Assembly (NCBI GenBank): GCA_049968235.1
Contig: JBMFRC010000007.1
Location: 64,001-128,000, forward strand
DNA length: 64,000 nt
DNA from: Candidatus Hydrogenedens sp.
Lineage (GTDB): Bacteria > Hydrogenedentota > Hydrogenedentia > Hydrogenedentales > Hydrogenedentaceae
Direction of reading: 5' to 3'
Part shown: in pieces, positions 10,951 to 20,283 of the stretch
Numbering within the stretch: the first letter of the stretch is position 1
Layout of the letters: each line of letters begins with the position of its first letter
The notes under the pieces: generated by a model
Told to the model about the DNA's origin: nothing
The model's database searches: none
Seen by the model: only the letters and a program-made list of their open reading frames with translations
Program-made: the position numbers and the translations under genes

Positions 10951-12066
10951 TTATTTAGATGGCACAGATTGTTGAAGTAATGTTAACATTTGTCTATCTA
11001 CTTTATGCCCCTCCCAATCCTCATACTCGACATCACTTCTACTCGAATCAATCGGACCAAAAGGTCCTACAAAATTCCACATTGACCAACCCCACCCTGC
11101 TTCATGGAATAAATTCAATGTATCTGCCAGCCATGCCATTACTGCCTTATGGGGTGTTTGATTAAATGCACCAAACTCTCCTACAAAAACAGGGACACCT
11201 TTATCCTCAAGAGCTTTCCATGGCTTTATTACTTGCTCACGAATACCTTCTTTGTCCCACAGAAATTCATCTTCTTTATAGGGATATTCAGGGATAGGCA
11301 CATTATCCCATACTCCTACCCACGATGCTTTATAGTGTGTAATTGCGAAGGGTTTATACATATGCAAGTTTGCAATAATCCCCAAATCAGAAAGTTCAAT
11401 CGGTGGAAAGGCTCCCCAAAATCTTCCATCACAATGAATAGGTCTTTCTTCATCTACATTACGGATAACCTCTACCAGTTTACCTATAACATTCTTATGT
11501 TTTTCTGGAGATATATTTCCAGGCTCATTCAAAAGATTAAAACTTAACTGCATGGGAGAAATATCTTTATATCGTTTTGCAAAAGTTTGCCAGTGATAAG
11601 TACAAATTTTTTGTGCTTCTTCATCATTCCACAAATTTATCGTCTCTTCAGGTTTCGCTACTGTCCAGCCCGGAGCACGGTGAAAATTCAAACAAACATG
11701 GATGTTATACTTTTTACCAAATTCAATAGTTTTGTCTATTTCCTTTAAATCCTCTTCCCGTATCTGATATAAAGATTCTTCATCGGTCCAGCACCGATAA
11801 TCCATAGGTAATCGCACAAAATTAAAGCCTAAACGATGAATAAGAGCAAATTCTTCCTCCTGAAATGGCTTTTTTCCATGAACCATAAAATAATTCAATA
11901 AATTAAAACCAAAAAATTTACCCCATATATTTTTCCCTTCATCTACTAACTTTTCATCAATCCTTTTTTCCCTTTGATTATCTACCCCACCTGATGAAAT
12001 CAATTTAGATATATGAAACATCGGATATGTAGAAAACAATTGTCTTAAAAAGGTTCTCCGCTCCAT
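10951..12066 (-). CDS. glycoside hydrolase family 5 (cellulase-like), TAT/Sec-exported
   Basis: FNFVRLPMDY, LLNEPG (acid/base), VGEFG (nucleophile). Start moved to MERRTFLRQ (complement of 12064-12066); the track's longer ORF reads through the hairpin repeat. Confidence 0.8.
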   Translation of the reverse strand: MERRTFLRQLFSTYPMFHISKLISSGGVDNQREKRIDEKLVDEGKNIWGKFFGFNLLNYFMVHGKKPFQEEEFALIHRLGFNFVRLPMDYRCWTDEESLYQIREEDLKEIDKTIEFGKKYNIHVCLNFHRAPGWTVAKPEETINLWNDEEAQKICTYHWQTFAKRYKDISPMQLSFNLLNEPGNISPEKHKNVIGKLVEVIRNVDEERPIHCDGRFWGAFPPIELSDLGIIANLHMYKPFAITHYKASWVGVWDNVPIPEYPYKEDEFLWDKEGIREQVIKPWKALEDKGVPVFVGEFGAFNQTPHKAVMAWLADTLNLFHEAGWGWSMWNFVGPFGPIDSSRSDVEYEDWEGHKVDRQMLTLLQQSVPSK

Positions 12067-12090
12067 AAAAATACCTCTAAAATTTAAAAA

Positions 12091-12122
12091 TAGCACATAG
12101 CGGAATTTTACGCTATGTGCTA
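12091..12122 (-). terminator. palindromic hairpin, 12-bp arms and 8-nt loop, followed by T-tract on the minus strand; copy 1 of an exact 39-bp direct repeat
   Basis: TAGCACATAGCG-GAATTTTA-CGCTATGTGCTA. Minus-strand reading gives hairpin then TTTTTAAATTTT. Identical copy at 12157-12188. Confidence 0.55.
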
Positions 12123-12156
12123 TCTTGATGAATGATATTAATTCAATTTTAAAAAA

Positions 12157-12188
12157 TAGCACATAGCGGAATTTTACGCTATGTGCTA
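12157..12188 (-). terminator. copy 2 of the same palindromic hairpin plus T-tract, 66 bp from copy 1
   Basis: The unit AAAAATAGCACATAGCGGAATTTTACGCTATGTGCTATC occurs at 12086-12124 and again at 12152-12190, 39/39 identical. Confidence 0.55.
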
Positions 12189-12207
12189 TCTATAAACTTT
12201 TGAATAA

Positions 12208-12330
12208 TTAATCTACGGGTTCTTTCCCTGTTAATGCAGAAAAGAAATCCGTTATAATTTTGCTTACAAAACCTACTAAATAATCAATAACTTTAACAAT
12301 GATATCTTTTAGCATTAAATTAAAATCCAT
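12208..12330 (-). CDS. small amphipathic peptide, 40 aa (MDFNLMLKDIIVKVIDYLVGFVSKIITDFFSALTGKEPVD)
   Basis: Hand-translated. Perfect SD (AAGGAGGG) 8 nt upstream of the ATG. Paralog of the adjacent 36-aa ORF. Below the ORF-track length cutoff. Confidence 0.5.
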   Translation of the reverse strand: MDFNLMLKDIIVKVIDYLVGFVSKIITDFFSALTGKEPVD

Positions 12331-12356
12331 ACTTTTACCCTCCTTTGGTTAGTTGT

Positions 12357-12467
12357 TTAGGCTGATGTTGTTAAACCAAAAAGCGCTAATAATTGGTCTG
12401 TCAGCCAACCGGCTAAAAACTTTACAAATACACTGACAATGATGTTTAGGATGTCTGCTAAAATCAT
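12357..12467 (-). CDS. small hydrophobic/amphipathic peptide, 36 aa (MILADILNIIVSVFVKFLAGWLTDQLLALFGLTTSA)
   Basis: Hand-translated. SD GAAAGGAG 7 nt upstream of the ATG. Candidate extended -10 box (TGTATAAT) about 90 nt upstream. Confidence 0.5.
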   Translation of the reverse strand: MILADILNIIVSVFVKFLAGWLTDQLLALFGLTTSA

Positions 12468-12906
12468 TACTTACTCCTTTCATGTTGTTTATTGGTACAA
12501 TAAATATAACCCCGTACATTGGAGTTATATATTTTTTATAAATATACAAGCAAAACCACCAATCGTTACACATTATACAAAAATATTATATAAAACTCAA
12601 AAAATATTTTTAAATTAAAATTCAAATAATATATGATTTTTAATCTTTTGTGTGCTAATTGCAAGTAATTTTATTCTCATTTATATACGCAAAAATTATG
12701 CCATTATACTTTTAAATATGTTGTTTAAATATTTGTGTTCAAAAATAATAATTTATGAATATATTCCCCTGAAAGTTCATATATATCTTTCCTTTTTGTA
12801 ATCATGTAGGATAAAAACAACATCTATGTATGGAACTTAGATAGAACTAACAAAGTCTTTATTTATAAATTTGTATAATATCTCTATAAACAAAAAGGAA
12901 TAAAAA

Positions 12907-14880
12907 ATGTTAAGAACAAAATTTATCGCTATATTAGGATTGCTTCTCCTATGGAAATGCACAGCAGAAGAACCTGTTCAAAAAGTTCAATATGAATTCA
13001 TAAATTTTCAAACAAACGCATCTATTTCTACTTCAACAGGTGTTTCTTTTAAGGACCCCATCTGGGAAATTGATTTTTCTAAAAACCTATCTGCTCGTTT
13101 TATTCATCCTTCTTTATCTATCTACGGAACACCCCAGAAATTTATCTTAAAACTTTGGGCAAGTTCCGCTGGTAGTGAAATTGAGATATTACTTGCCTCT
13201 CATTTTCAGTTCTTCCATAAGAAAATGGGGCCTCTTCAGTATGGAGAGCAAACAATTGAATTTAACGTACCTCCCGAAAACTGGGAATATCATTCGGGTG
13301 AAAATGATGGGAAAGTTCGAACCCCATTAAGATTTATAAGTCTTCAAATTAACAAAGCCAATTGTCCGAGCGATGTACTACAAATACAAATTCAATCCTT
13401 TATATGTGAAACAAACATATCTCCTCAACAAGAGTGTATTCTTGTTTCCACAACCCAAAAAGATAATAATGGAAGAATATATTCATCTTGTTCTTTTACA
13501 AATTTACTGGATAGGGAGGTTTCAGGCAATTTATCTATACAAATAAAAGATTGGGAACAAAATCTATTATCCACCTCTACCCAAAAATTACTTCTCCCTC
13601 CCTCAGCCCAAACTATCAATTTAGAAATTCCAATCGCCATTCCAGCAAATAAAAATTTCGTTGAAGTAGATTGGACATTTATCAGAAATGATGGGAATAC
13701 ATTTCCTGCTAATTCTACCTACACAAGAGAAATTGATTATCCATTAGATAGAACCTTAAACCCCAATTCTCCATGGGGAATGGGCTTATATTTCCTCCGC
13801 TATGGTTCAGACCAGAAAAGCAGAGAAAAAGCAGGGGAACTTGCCAGTCAGGCAGGGATTAAATGGACACGAGAAGATTTTGTTTGGGACATTATTGAAC
13901 CAGAACCCAGAAAATTTAATTTTGATTATTACGATAATCTTGTAAATACTTCTTTATCTTATGGTATCAGTGTTTATGGAATCCTATGTTATTGGGCTTC
14001 ATGGACTGAACCTTATACAATAAAAGGAATTGAAGATTTTGTCCGATACGCAGAAGCAACTGTAAATCATTTCAAAGATAGGGTTAAGCATTGGGAAATT
14101 TACAACGAACCCAATATCTTTTTCTGGCAGGGACCAAAAGAATTATATCCTGAATTAGTAAAAAGGTGTTATGAAGTTATTAAAAAGGTTGACCCAGAAG
14201 CACATGTTTTAGCCATTTCCACTTCGGGAATAGATTACAATTTCATTGATTTTTGTCTGCAAGCTAATACTCCTTTCGACATCCTTACTATCCATCCTTA
14301 CCGGCATAAACTTGATGACATTAAATTTATGGATGAATTAAAAAGGGCTGCACAGCAGGTACAAAATCGTCCTGTATGGATTACAGAAATGGGTTGGAGC
14401 AGTCATTTATGGAAAAATGGTGTAACGGAGCGCGAACAGGCACTATTATTAGCACGATGTTATTTATCCGCTATCGCTTCAGGTGCTGTCCAGAATATCA
14501 GTTGGTATGATTTTAGAAATGATGGTAAAGACCCCTTCTATTTCGAATCTAATTTTGGCATTATACGAGAAGACTTTTCTCAAAAACCTGCGTTACGAGC
14601 ATGTGCGAACATTTGTAGAAATTTACCCGATAAAAATATTCAAATTCGTAAAGATTTTGGAGAAGACATCATTGCTTTTCAACAAGGGAATATACTTGTT
14701 CTCTGGTCTGCCAATGAAGACAAATGTTTGAAAGTAAAAGTTACAGAATCCCCTGTTATAGTTCAAAACCTTATGAACGAAGTTCTCATGGAAAAAAATA
14801 AAAATAAATTTATACATCTTCCTCTAAAAAAAGGCTATCCCTTTTTTATTACCTCTGGTAAAATTAAAGGTATAAAATAA
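12907..14880 (+). CDS. secreted clan GH-A (TIM-barrel) glycoside hydrolase with unknown N-terminal domain
   Basis: Signal peptide; HWEIYNEPN (acid/base NEP) and VWITEMGWSS (nucleophile Glu) as in the GH5/GH39/GH30 superfamily. Confidence 0.65.
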   Translation: MLRTKFIAILGLLLLWKCTAEEPVQKVQYEFINFQTNASISTSTGVSFKDPIWEIDFSKNLSARFIHPSLSIYGTPQKFILKLWASSAGSEIEILLASHFQFFHKKMGPLQYGEQTIEFNVPPENWEYHSGENDGKVRTPLRFISLQINKANCPSDVLQIQIQSFICETNISPQQECILVSTTQKDNNGRIYSSCSFTNLLDREVSGNLSIQIKDWEQNLLSTSTQKLLLPPSAQTINLEIPIAIPANKNFVEVDWTFIRNDGNTFPANSTYTREIDYPLDRTLNPNSPWGMGLYFLRYGSDQKSREKAGELASQAGIKWTREDFVWDIIEPEPRKFNFDYYDNLVNTSLSYGISVYGILCYWASWTEPYTIKGIEDFVRYAEATVNHFKDRVKHWEIYNEPNIFFWQGPKELYPELVKRCYEVIKKVDPEAHVLAISTSGIDYNFIDFCLQANTPFDILTIHPYRHKLDDIKFMDELKRAAQQVQNRPVWITEMGWSSHLWKNGVTEREQALLLARCYLSAIASGAVQNISWYDFRNDGKDPFYFESNFGIIREDFSQKPALRACANICRNLPDKNIQIRKDFGEDIIAFQQGNILVLWSANEDKCLKVKVTESPVIVQNLMNEVLMEKNKNKFIHLPLKKGYPFFITSGKIKGIK

Positions 14881-14881
14881 A

Positions 14882-16813
14882 TTACAATTTAGCCTTTCGT
14901 AACTTTTCTAATTCTTTATCAATACTTTGAATTACAGGGAATCGAAAACCTGTTTTGGGGTCAAAATCAGGCTCCAACACCTTTAACGATACAGGATGTT
15001 GGTCTCGTTTCCACTGGTTAGCAACAAACCTTTTTGCAAAATCTTCTGTCCACTTTTTAAGTTGTTTGGATGAATATTCGGAAAATCGTAAACATAATAT
15101 CTTCCAGCAATCAACAAGGGAAAGTCGTTGTTTCGCAAATAAAAAAATCAATTCATCCAATACCCTATATGGCATAAGGTCACTTTCATCCGTCTGATTA
15201 GGAGCTAACTCCGCTGTTGGGGGTATCTTTAATATCATCTCCAGAGCACGAATTTTTCGTGTCTCCGCAAGATACTCTAACAGTGCGGAAATAACCGTTT
15301 TCGGAACATTGGCAATTGGGGAAAAGCCACCTTCATTATCACCTCCTGTGGTTGTGTAACCAACGGCTGACTCACTCAAATTAGAGGTAACCAGCAATAA
15401 CCCATTTACATTATTTGCCCAGTTCAGCATCATGGCACCACGAACTCGTGCCTGTAAATTTTGCCGTGTAAGGGCTTTAACATTCTCCTCTTTACCTACA
15501 ATCTCAACTGCCTTTTTATAAGCAATTTCTACTTCTTCCTGAATACTTACCACCTGAAAGGGTACTCCCAATTCTTGGGCTAATAATTCTGCCGCTTTTC
15601 TTGTATCTGAACTACTATAATCCTTATGGGGCAGATAAATACATGCCACTTTATCCTTATATTTATCCGGATATTTACCTTCCATTAAATTTTTTCCCGC
15701 TTCTACTGCAAGCAATAAACTTAAAGCACTATCCCTTCCGCCGGATAGTGCCACTAAAAACTTATCGAAAATACCTACCTTCTCAAAATAATCCCGAAGC
15801 CCCAATGATAACGCAGAAAACAACTGCTCAAAATAATTATTTTCTATTTGAATACCCTCTGACAATTTAGCATCAGGTATATAAAAACTTTGCGGTAATG
15901 TATTTACCCACTCTTTTAGTGGAGAAGGAACAAACTGAGGATAATCCACAACAACCTTTTTTGTTGTATTCTCCTTTTCCAACTGTAATGCCTCGGTTTT
16001 CCATGTAGAATTTTCTTTCCGTATTCGCGTTACTTCATTTAAATTGACTACCGTTGTAGTAAGTGTCCACCTTTTATTAGACAATATCTTACCACTAACA
16101 ATAGAACCTTCCGGAGTAGCAATAATCCCTCCTCCATCGAAAATAAGCCGACTGTTATCACATCCTAATAAATTAGAATAAATATAAACCACTTTAATCC
16201 TCATAGCATTGGTTAGTACCAATTGTTTCCGCAACTGATTTTTTAAAGGGCTAAATGGAGAGGCACTTAAATTACATATGATTTCCGCTCCATGTATGGC
16301 ACGGTCTGCTGATGGAGAATGCGAAGACCATATATCTTCACAAATTTCGGCAGAGACCAGACCGTAAGGCAATTCAAAAATAATATCCCCAGCGGGTATT
16401 CCATGAATTTCTGTAGTACCTCCCGCCCATGAAGACCAGTATCTACCTTCATAAAATACCTGATAAGTCGGCAAATATTTTTTCAAAATCAAACCATGTA
16501 TCTTTCGATTGCATACAAAAGCAGTTGCATTAAATAAATGCGATTCTTTCTGCACAGGAAGTCCTACAAAAACACCTATCCCTTCTGTATGCTCTGCAAT
16601 TTGTAGTAAGGATGTCCAACTATGCTCAATTATATCATCCCAAAAGAGACGGTCCTCTAAACTATAACCACTGATTGCCAATTCAGGAGTTACTAACAAA
16701 TGTACATTCTCTTTTCTCGCCGTATCGATAACTTCGCATAAGTTTTCAGTATTCCTTTGAAAATCTCCAACTTTTACTGAAACTGATGATGTTCCGACCT
16801 TAACAAGTCTCAT
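14882..16813 (-). CDS. nadE: glutamine-dependent NAD+ synthetase
   Basis: N-terminal carbon-nitrogen hydrolase domain plus C-terminal PP-loop (LSGGRDSALSL) NAD synthase domain. Confidence 0.9.
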   Translation of the reverse strand: MRLVKVGTSSVSVKVGDFQRNTENLCEVIDTARKENVHLLVTPELAISGYSLEDRLFWDDIIEHSWTSLLQIAEHTEGIGVFVGLPVQKESHLFNATAFVCNRKIHGLILKKYLPTYQVFYEGRYWSSWAGGTTEIHGIPAGDIIFELPYGLVSAEICEDIWSSHSPSADRAIHGAEIICNLSASPFSPLKNQLRKQLVLTNAMRIKVVYIYSNLLGCDNSRLIFDGGGIIATPEGSIVSGKILSNKRWTLTTTVVNLNEVTRIRKENSTWKTEALQLEKENTTKKVVVDYPQFVPSPLKEWVNTLPQSFYIPDAKLSEGIQIENNYFEQLFSALSLGLRDYFEKVGIFDKFLVALSGGRDSALSLLLAVEAGKNLMEGKYPDKYKDKVACIYLPHKDYSSSDTRKAAELLAQELGVPFQVVSIQEEVEIAYKKAVEIVGKEENVKALTRQNLQARVRGAMMLNWANNVNGLLLVTSNLSESAVGYTTTGGDNEGGFSPIANVPKTVISALLEYLAETRKIRALEMILKIPPTAELAPNQTDESDLMPYRVLDELIFLFAKQRLSLVDCWKILCLRFSEYSSKQLKKWTEDFAKRFVANQWKRDQHPVSLKVLEPDFDPKTGFRFPVIQSIDKELEKLRKAKL

Positions 16814-16823
16814 TGTTTATCTC

Positions 16824-18323
16824 CTATTGGAATACAATTCCCGCTTCCGGGTTTTGCCATATCTGATTTTTCAACTCTCCCAACCGAGGGGATAAAAATA
16901 TACGATATACTTCCGGATTACGAAGTCGCTTATATTCCTCCGAAAGTGAAAAAACCTGTTTTCGAACTCGTTCACGAATAGTCTGTACTGGTTCAAACGG
17001 TATTTGAACTCTTCCATCAGCAAATACTTCTTTTAATAAGGGTTTCGCATATATAGCCCCTTCTAATTTTTGGGGAATATGTGGAAACAATCGGGAACGT
17101 GTTGGAATAGTACCTTTTTCAGGATATTCTTCTCCTTCTAAATACATTACATCTCCCAATAAACTTCCATCTCCTGTATAATATCGTATTGGAACTTTTC
17201 GACCGGGGTCTGTGCTTTTTTCAATATTCCCGGTAATTTTAATCCGCGATTCCCAAACCCCATCTCTATATACCGCTACCAGTTTATATACGCCATTCAA
17301 AGCAGGACAATCATACGAAGTTATCAGGTGAGTACCAACTCCCCATGCATTAATTTTTGCACCCTGCCGTTTCAAATCTGCAATCAAATCTTCATTTAAA
17401 TCATTCGAGCCTATAATCATGGGGTCATCGAAACCTGCTTCTCTCATCATCCGATATGCTATCTTACTAATACGAGCCAGGTCCCCCGAATCAATCCTAA
17501 TAGCGGGTTTCACATCAATTCCCTCATCTCTCATTTCTTTAAACACCTGAACTGCATTCGGAATTCCACTTTTTATCGGGTCATAAGTATCCACCAATAA
17601 TACACACCGTTGTGGATAAAGTCTTGCAAAAGCACGAAATGCTTCCAATTCACTCTGATAACTCATAACCCAACTATGAGCATGAGTCCCTGTTACAGGA
17701 ATATCATATACCTTGCCTGCCATTACATTCGAAGTAGCCATACAGCCACCAATATATGCAGCACGAGACGCACTTATACCCCCATCCGGTCCATGTGCTC
17801 TGCGAAGTCCAAACTCTATCACAGGGTCCGGTTCCGCTGATAAACACACACGTGCTGATTTACTGGCTATTAATGTTTGATAATTCAACATATTCAGTAA
17901 TGCGGTCTCTACCAATTGGGCTTCTAACAGTGGACCCTCTATCTGCACCACAGGTTCAAACGGGAAAATTAAGGTCCCCTCGGGAACAGATTTTACTTTT
18001 AAGTGAATTTTAAAGTTTTTAAGAAATGCCAAAAAATCTTCTTCAAATATCTTCAAACTCTTCAAATATAAAATATCATCTTCTGTAAAATGTAAATTTT
18101 GCAGGTAATATAGAAACGACTCCAAACCTGCAAAAATAGCAAAACCTGAATGGGGTGGTAAACTACGAAAAAAATAATCAAATGTAACAGGAATTTGTCC
18201 CCGTCCTTCCTTAAAATATCCTGCCATCATTGTTAATTGATATAAATCAGTTAACAACGCAAGATTTTTTCTCTCAAACCATGGTTCTAATTCAAACTTT
18301 TGCATATATTCCCTTATCCACAA
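16824..18323 (-). CDS. pncB: nicotinate phosphoribosyltransferase
   Basis: ALLTDLYQLTMMAGYF N-terminal signature of NAPRTase; 499 aa. Confidence 0.9.
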   Translation of the reverse strand: MWIREYMQKFELEPWFERKNLALLTDLYQLTMMAGYFKEGRGQIPVTFDYFFRSLPPHSGFAIFAGLESFLYYLQNLHFTEDDILYLKSLKIFEEDFLAFLKNFKIHLKVKSVPEGTLIFPFEPVVQIEGPLLEAQLVETALLNMLNYQTLIASKSARVCLSAEPDPVIEFGLRRAHGPDGGISASRAAYIGGCMATSNVMAGKVYDIPVTGTHAHSWVMSYQSELEAFRAFARLYPQRCVLLVDTYDPIKSGIPNAVQVFKEMRDEGIDVKPAIRIDSGDLARISKIAYRMMREAGFDDPMIIGSNDLNEDLIADLKRQGAKINAWGVGTHLITSYDCPALNGVYKLVAVYRDGVWESRIKITGNIEKSTDPGRKVPIRYYTGDGSLLGDVMYLEGEEYPEKGTIPTRSRLFPHIPQKLEGAIYAKPLLKEVFADGRVQIPFEPVQTIRERVRKQVFSLSEEYKRLRNPEVYRIFLSPRLGELKNQIWQNPEAGIVFQ

Positions 18324-18337
18324 AAAAGATTTTCATC

Positions 18338-18820
18338 CTAAATATGTTTTTCTAACCACTCAATTGCACAATCCATTATTTCAGCATGGTCAAATGCTAA
18401 TTCTGGAAGATTATCTATTGAAAACCATTGAACTTCTTTTGCGTCATCATTGGCATGTATTTCCACATCCTGATTGTTTAATATTCCAACAAAAGCCACC
18501 CCAATTGTTCTACCCCGAGGGTCCCTATATGGATTACTAAAAGCCTTTAATTGTTGTAATTTAACTCCCTTCAATGAAGTTTCCTCAAAAAGCTCCCGTT
18601 CTACTGCCTGTTCCAATGTTTCATGCTCATCAATAAAACCACCCGGTAAAGCCCAATATCCCTCAAAAGGGGCATTCATCCGTTTTATCAACAGAACTTC
18701 CCAATCTCTACCTGTTTTCCTGAACACAACCGCATCCACAGTTACAGCAGGACGTGGATATTCATATATGTATGGTCCTTTATGTTTCACCGTTATCTCC
18801 TTTAATTCTTTCTTTTTCAT
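18338..18820 (-). CDS. NUDIX hydrolase (ADP-ribose pyrophosphatase-like)
   Basis: Nudix box GGFIDEHETLEQAVERELFEETSL. Confidence 0.85.
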   Translation of the reverse strand: MKKKELKEITVKHKGPYIYEYPRPAVTVDAVVFRKTGRDWEVLLIKRMNAPFEGYWALPGGFIDEHETLEQAVERELFEETSLKGVKLQQLKAFSNPYRDPRGRTIGVAFVGILNNQDVEIHANDDAKEVQWFSIDNLPELAFDHAEIMDCAIEWLEKHI

Positions 18821-18880
18821 GTGTTATACTACACCTCAATCTTTCCATTATTCTATTTTAATCTACTAAAGGAATTTATC

Positions 18881-20218
18881 ATGAAATCTTCTATCTTAAA
18901 ACGAACATTAAAATGGACATTATATAGTATATCAATCTTTATTGTCCTGATTTTAATTGCTTTCCTGTTCCTTTTCCGTAATGCGATATATAATCGCTAT
19001 GTAGAATTCCCTCGTGAAAAAAAAGCGTGGGAAGAACTCCGAAGACAATATCAGCCACCCTCTTATGATGATGGTTGGAATGATTATGCGGGCGTTTGTC
19101 ATAGTCATTCCGAATTATCCCACGATAGTCAGGTACCATTTGAAGAAATTCTGAGAGCACTAAAACAAGAAAAACGGCAATTTATTTGCATGTCAGACCA
19201 TTGTGATGAGGGCAAAGCAGACTATTCCAAACAATGGCGGGGTGAACATGACGGTGTCCTTTTCATACCAGGCTATGAGATGAATTACGGTTTTATGCCA
19301 TGGGGACTACCTCCTGAAACTGTTCTGGATTGCAATAAGGACCCCGAAAACCTTGCCCGGGAAATTCATGAAAAAGGTGGATTATTATTCTTTGCTCATT
19401 CGGAAGAACCACGCGAATGGCAATTACCTGAACTTAACGGTATGGAAATCTACAATATTCACACAAACTTTAAAAGCCTTGATAAACAATTTATACTTTA
19501 CAAATTAGCACCCAATATAATCCTTAATATAAATAAATACCATGAACAACTTTTAAGAAGCATTTTCAGCCCGTTAACAGAAGTTATAAAAAGATGGGAT
19601 GAAATGAATATAAGTAGAAAGATAGTCGGAATATCCGCCAATGATTGCCACCAGAATACGGGCTTTGTTGGCAAAATAACTCCTCAAGGAACCCTCTACA
19701 TTGAAGATACCAGTCCACGTAAAATAGGCGAATATAAATTAAATCTCCTTTCCCGTCTCCTATTGCGTATTCTTTTTGGAAAACTGGAACCAGGAAAAAC
19801 CCTATTTCATGTTCAATTAGACCCTTATCCCCTTATGGTTCGTTATGTCTCCACCCATGTTTTAGCCCATGATTTATCCGAACAATCTATTCTGGAATCT
19901 CTAAAAGAAGGTCGTGTCTTCGTAGGGTTTGAAATGCTTGCGGAAACAACAGGTTTTGTTTTCTTCGCTGATGATGGAAATGTAAAAGCAGTTTGTGGAG
20001 AAAAAATTCCTTTAACTCCGAACCTATCGCTAAAAATGGCTTCTCCTTATCCCTGTAAATTTATCATCTATCGTCATGGAATTGTTCTTCAGGAACATGA
20101 AGGTAGAGATTTTGAATGGAAACCCACAGAACAGGGTAAATATCGTGTGGAAGCACAATTATATTTAAATAAAAAATGGGTCCCCTGGGTTTATACAAAT
20201 CCGATTGAAATATTTTAG
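18881..20218 (+). CDS. membrane-anchored PHP-domain phosphoesterase
   Basis: Start moved to MKSSILKRTL (SD AAAGGA upstream). N-terminal TM helix; CHSHSELSHDS and ICMSDHCDE His/Asp clusters of the PHP fold. Confidence 0.6.
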   Translation: MKSSILKRTLKWTLYSISIFIVLILIAFLFLFRNAIYNRYVEFPREKKAWEELRRQYQPPSYDDGWNDYAGVCHSHSELSHDSQVPFEEILRALKQEKRQFICMSDHCDEGKADYSKQWRGEHDGVLFIPGYEMNYGFMPWGLPPETVLDCNKDPENLAREIHEKGGLLFFAHSEEPREWQLPELNGMEIYNIHTNFKSLDKQFILYKLAPNIILNINKYHEQLLRSIFSPLTEVIKRWDEMNISRKIVGISANDCHQNTGFVGKITPQGTLYIEDTSPRKIGEYKLNLLSRLLLRILFGKLEPGKTLFHVQLDPYPLMVRYVSTHVLAHDLSEQSILESLKEGRVFVGFEMLAETTGFVFFADDGNVKAVCGEKIPLTPNLSLKMASPYPCKFIIYRHGIVLQEHEGRDFEWKPTEQGKYRVEAQLYLNKKWVPWVYTNPIEIF

Positions 20219-20231
20219 TTCGTGTTAATAA

Positions 20232-20263
20232 GAAAGCCCACTCGTTTATGAGTGGGCTTTTTA
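20232..20263. terminator. bidirectional rho-independent terminator between convergent genes
   Basis: AAAGCCCACTC-GTTTAT-GAGTGGGCTTTTT, with an A-rich stretch on the other side. Confidence 0.7.
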
Positions 20264-20283
20264 CATCTCTGTTTAACACACTA

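Noticed and set aside
11149-11547. 132-aa plus-strand ORF, and similar ORFs antisense within GH5, epimerase, pncB and ALDH (for example 10173-10505, 17756-18013, 52337-52744)
   Set aside because: Shadow ORFs inside well-supported genes on the opposite strand; no SD sites, compositionally biased.
12349-12573. 74-aa minus-strand ORF from the track (MCNDWWFCLYIYKKY...)
   Set aside because: It is out of frame with the two SD-preceded small peptide ORFs it overlaps, has no ribosome-binding site and a low-complexity composition. The hand-translated 36- and 40-aa ORFs explain the region better.
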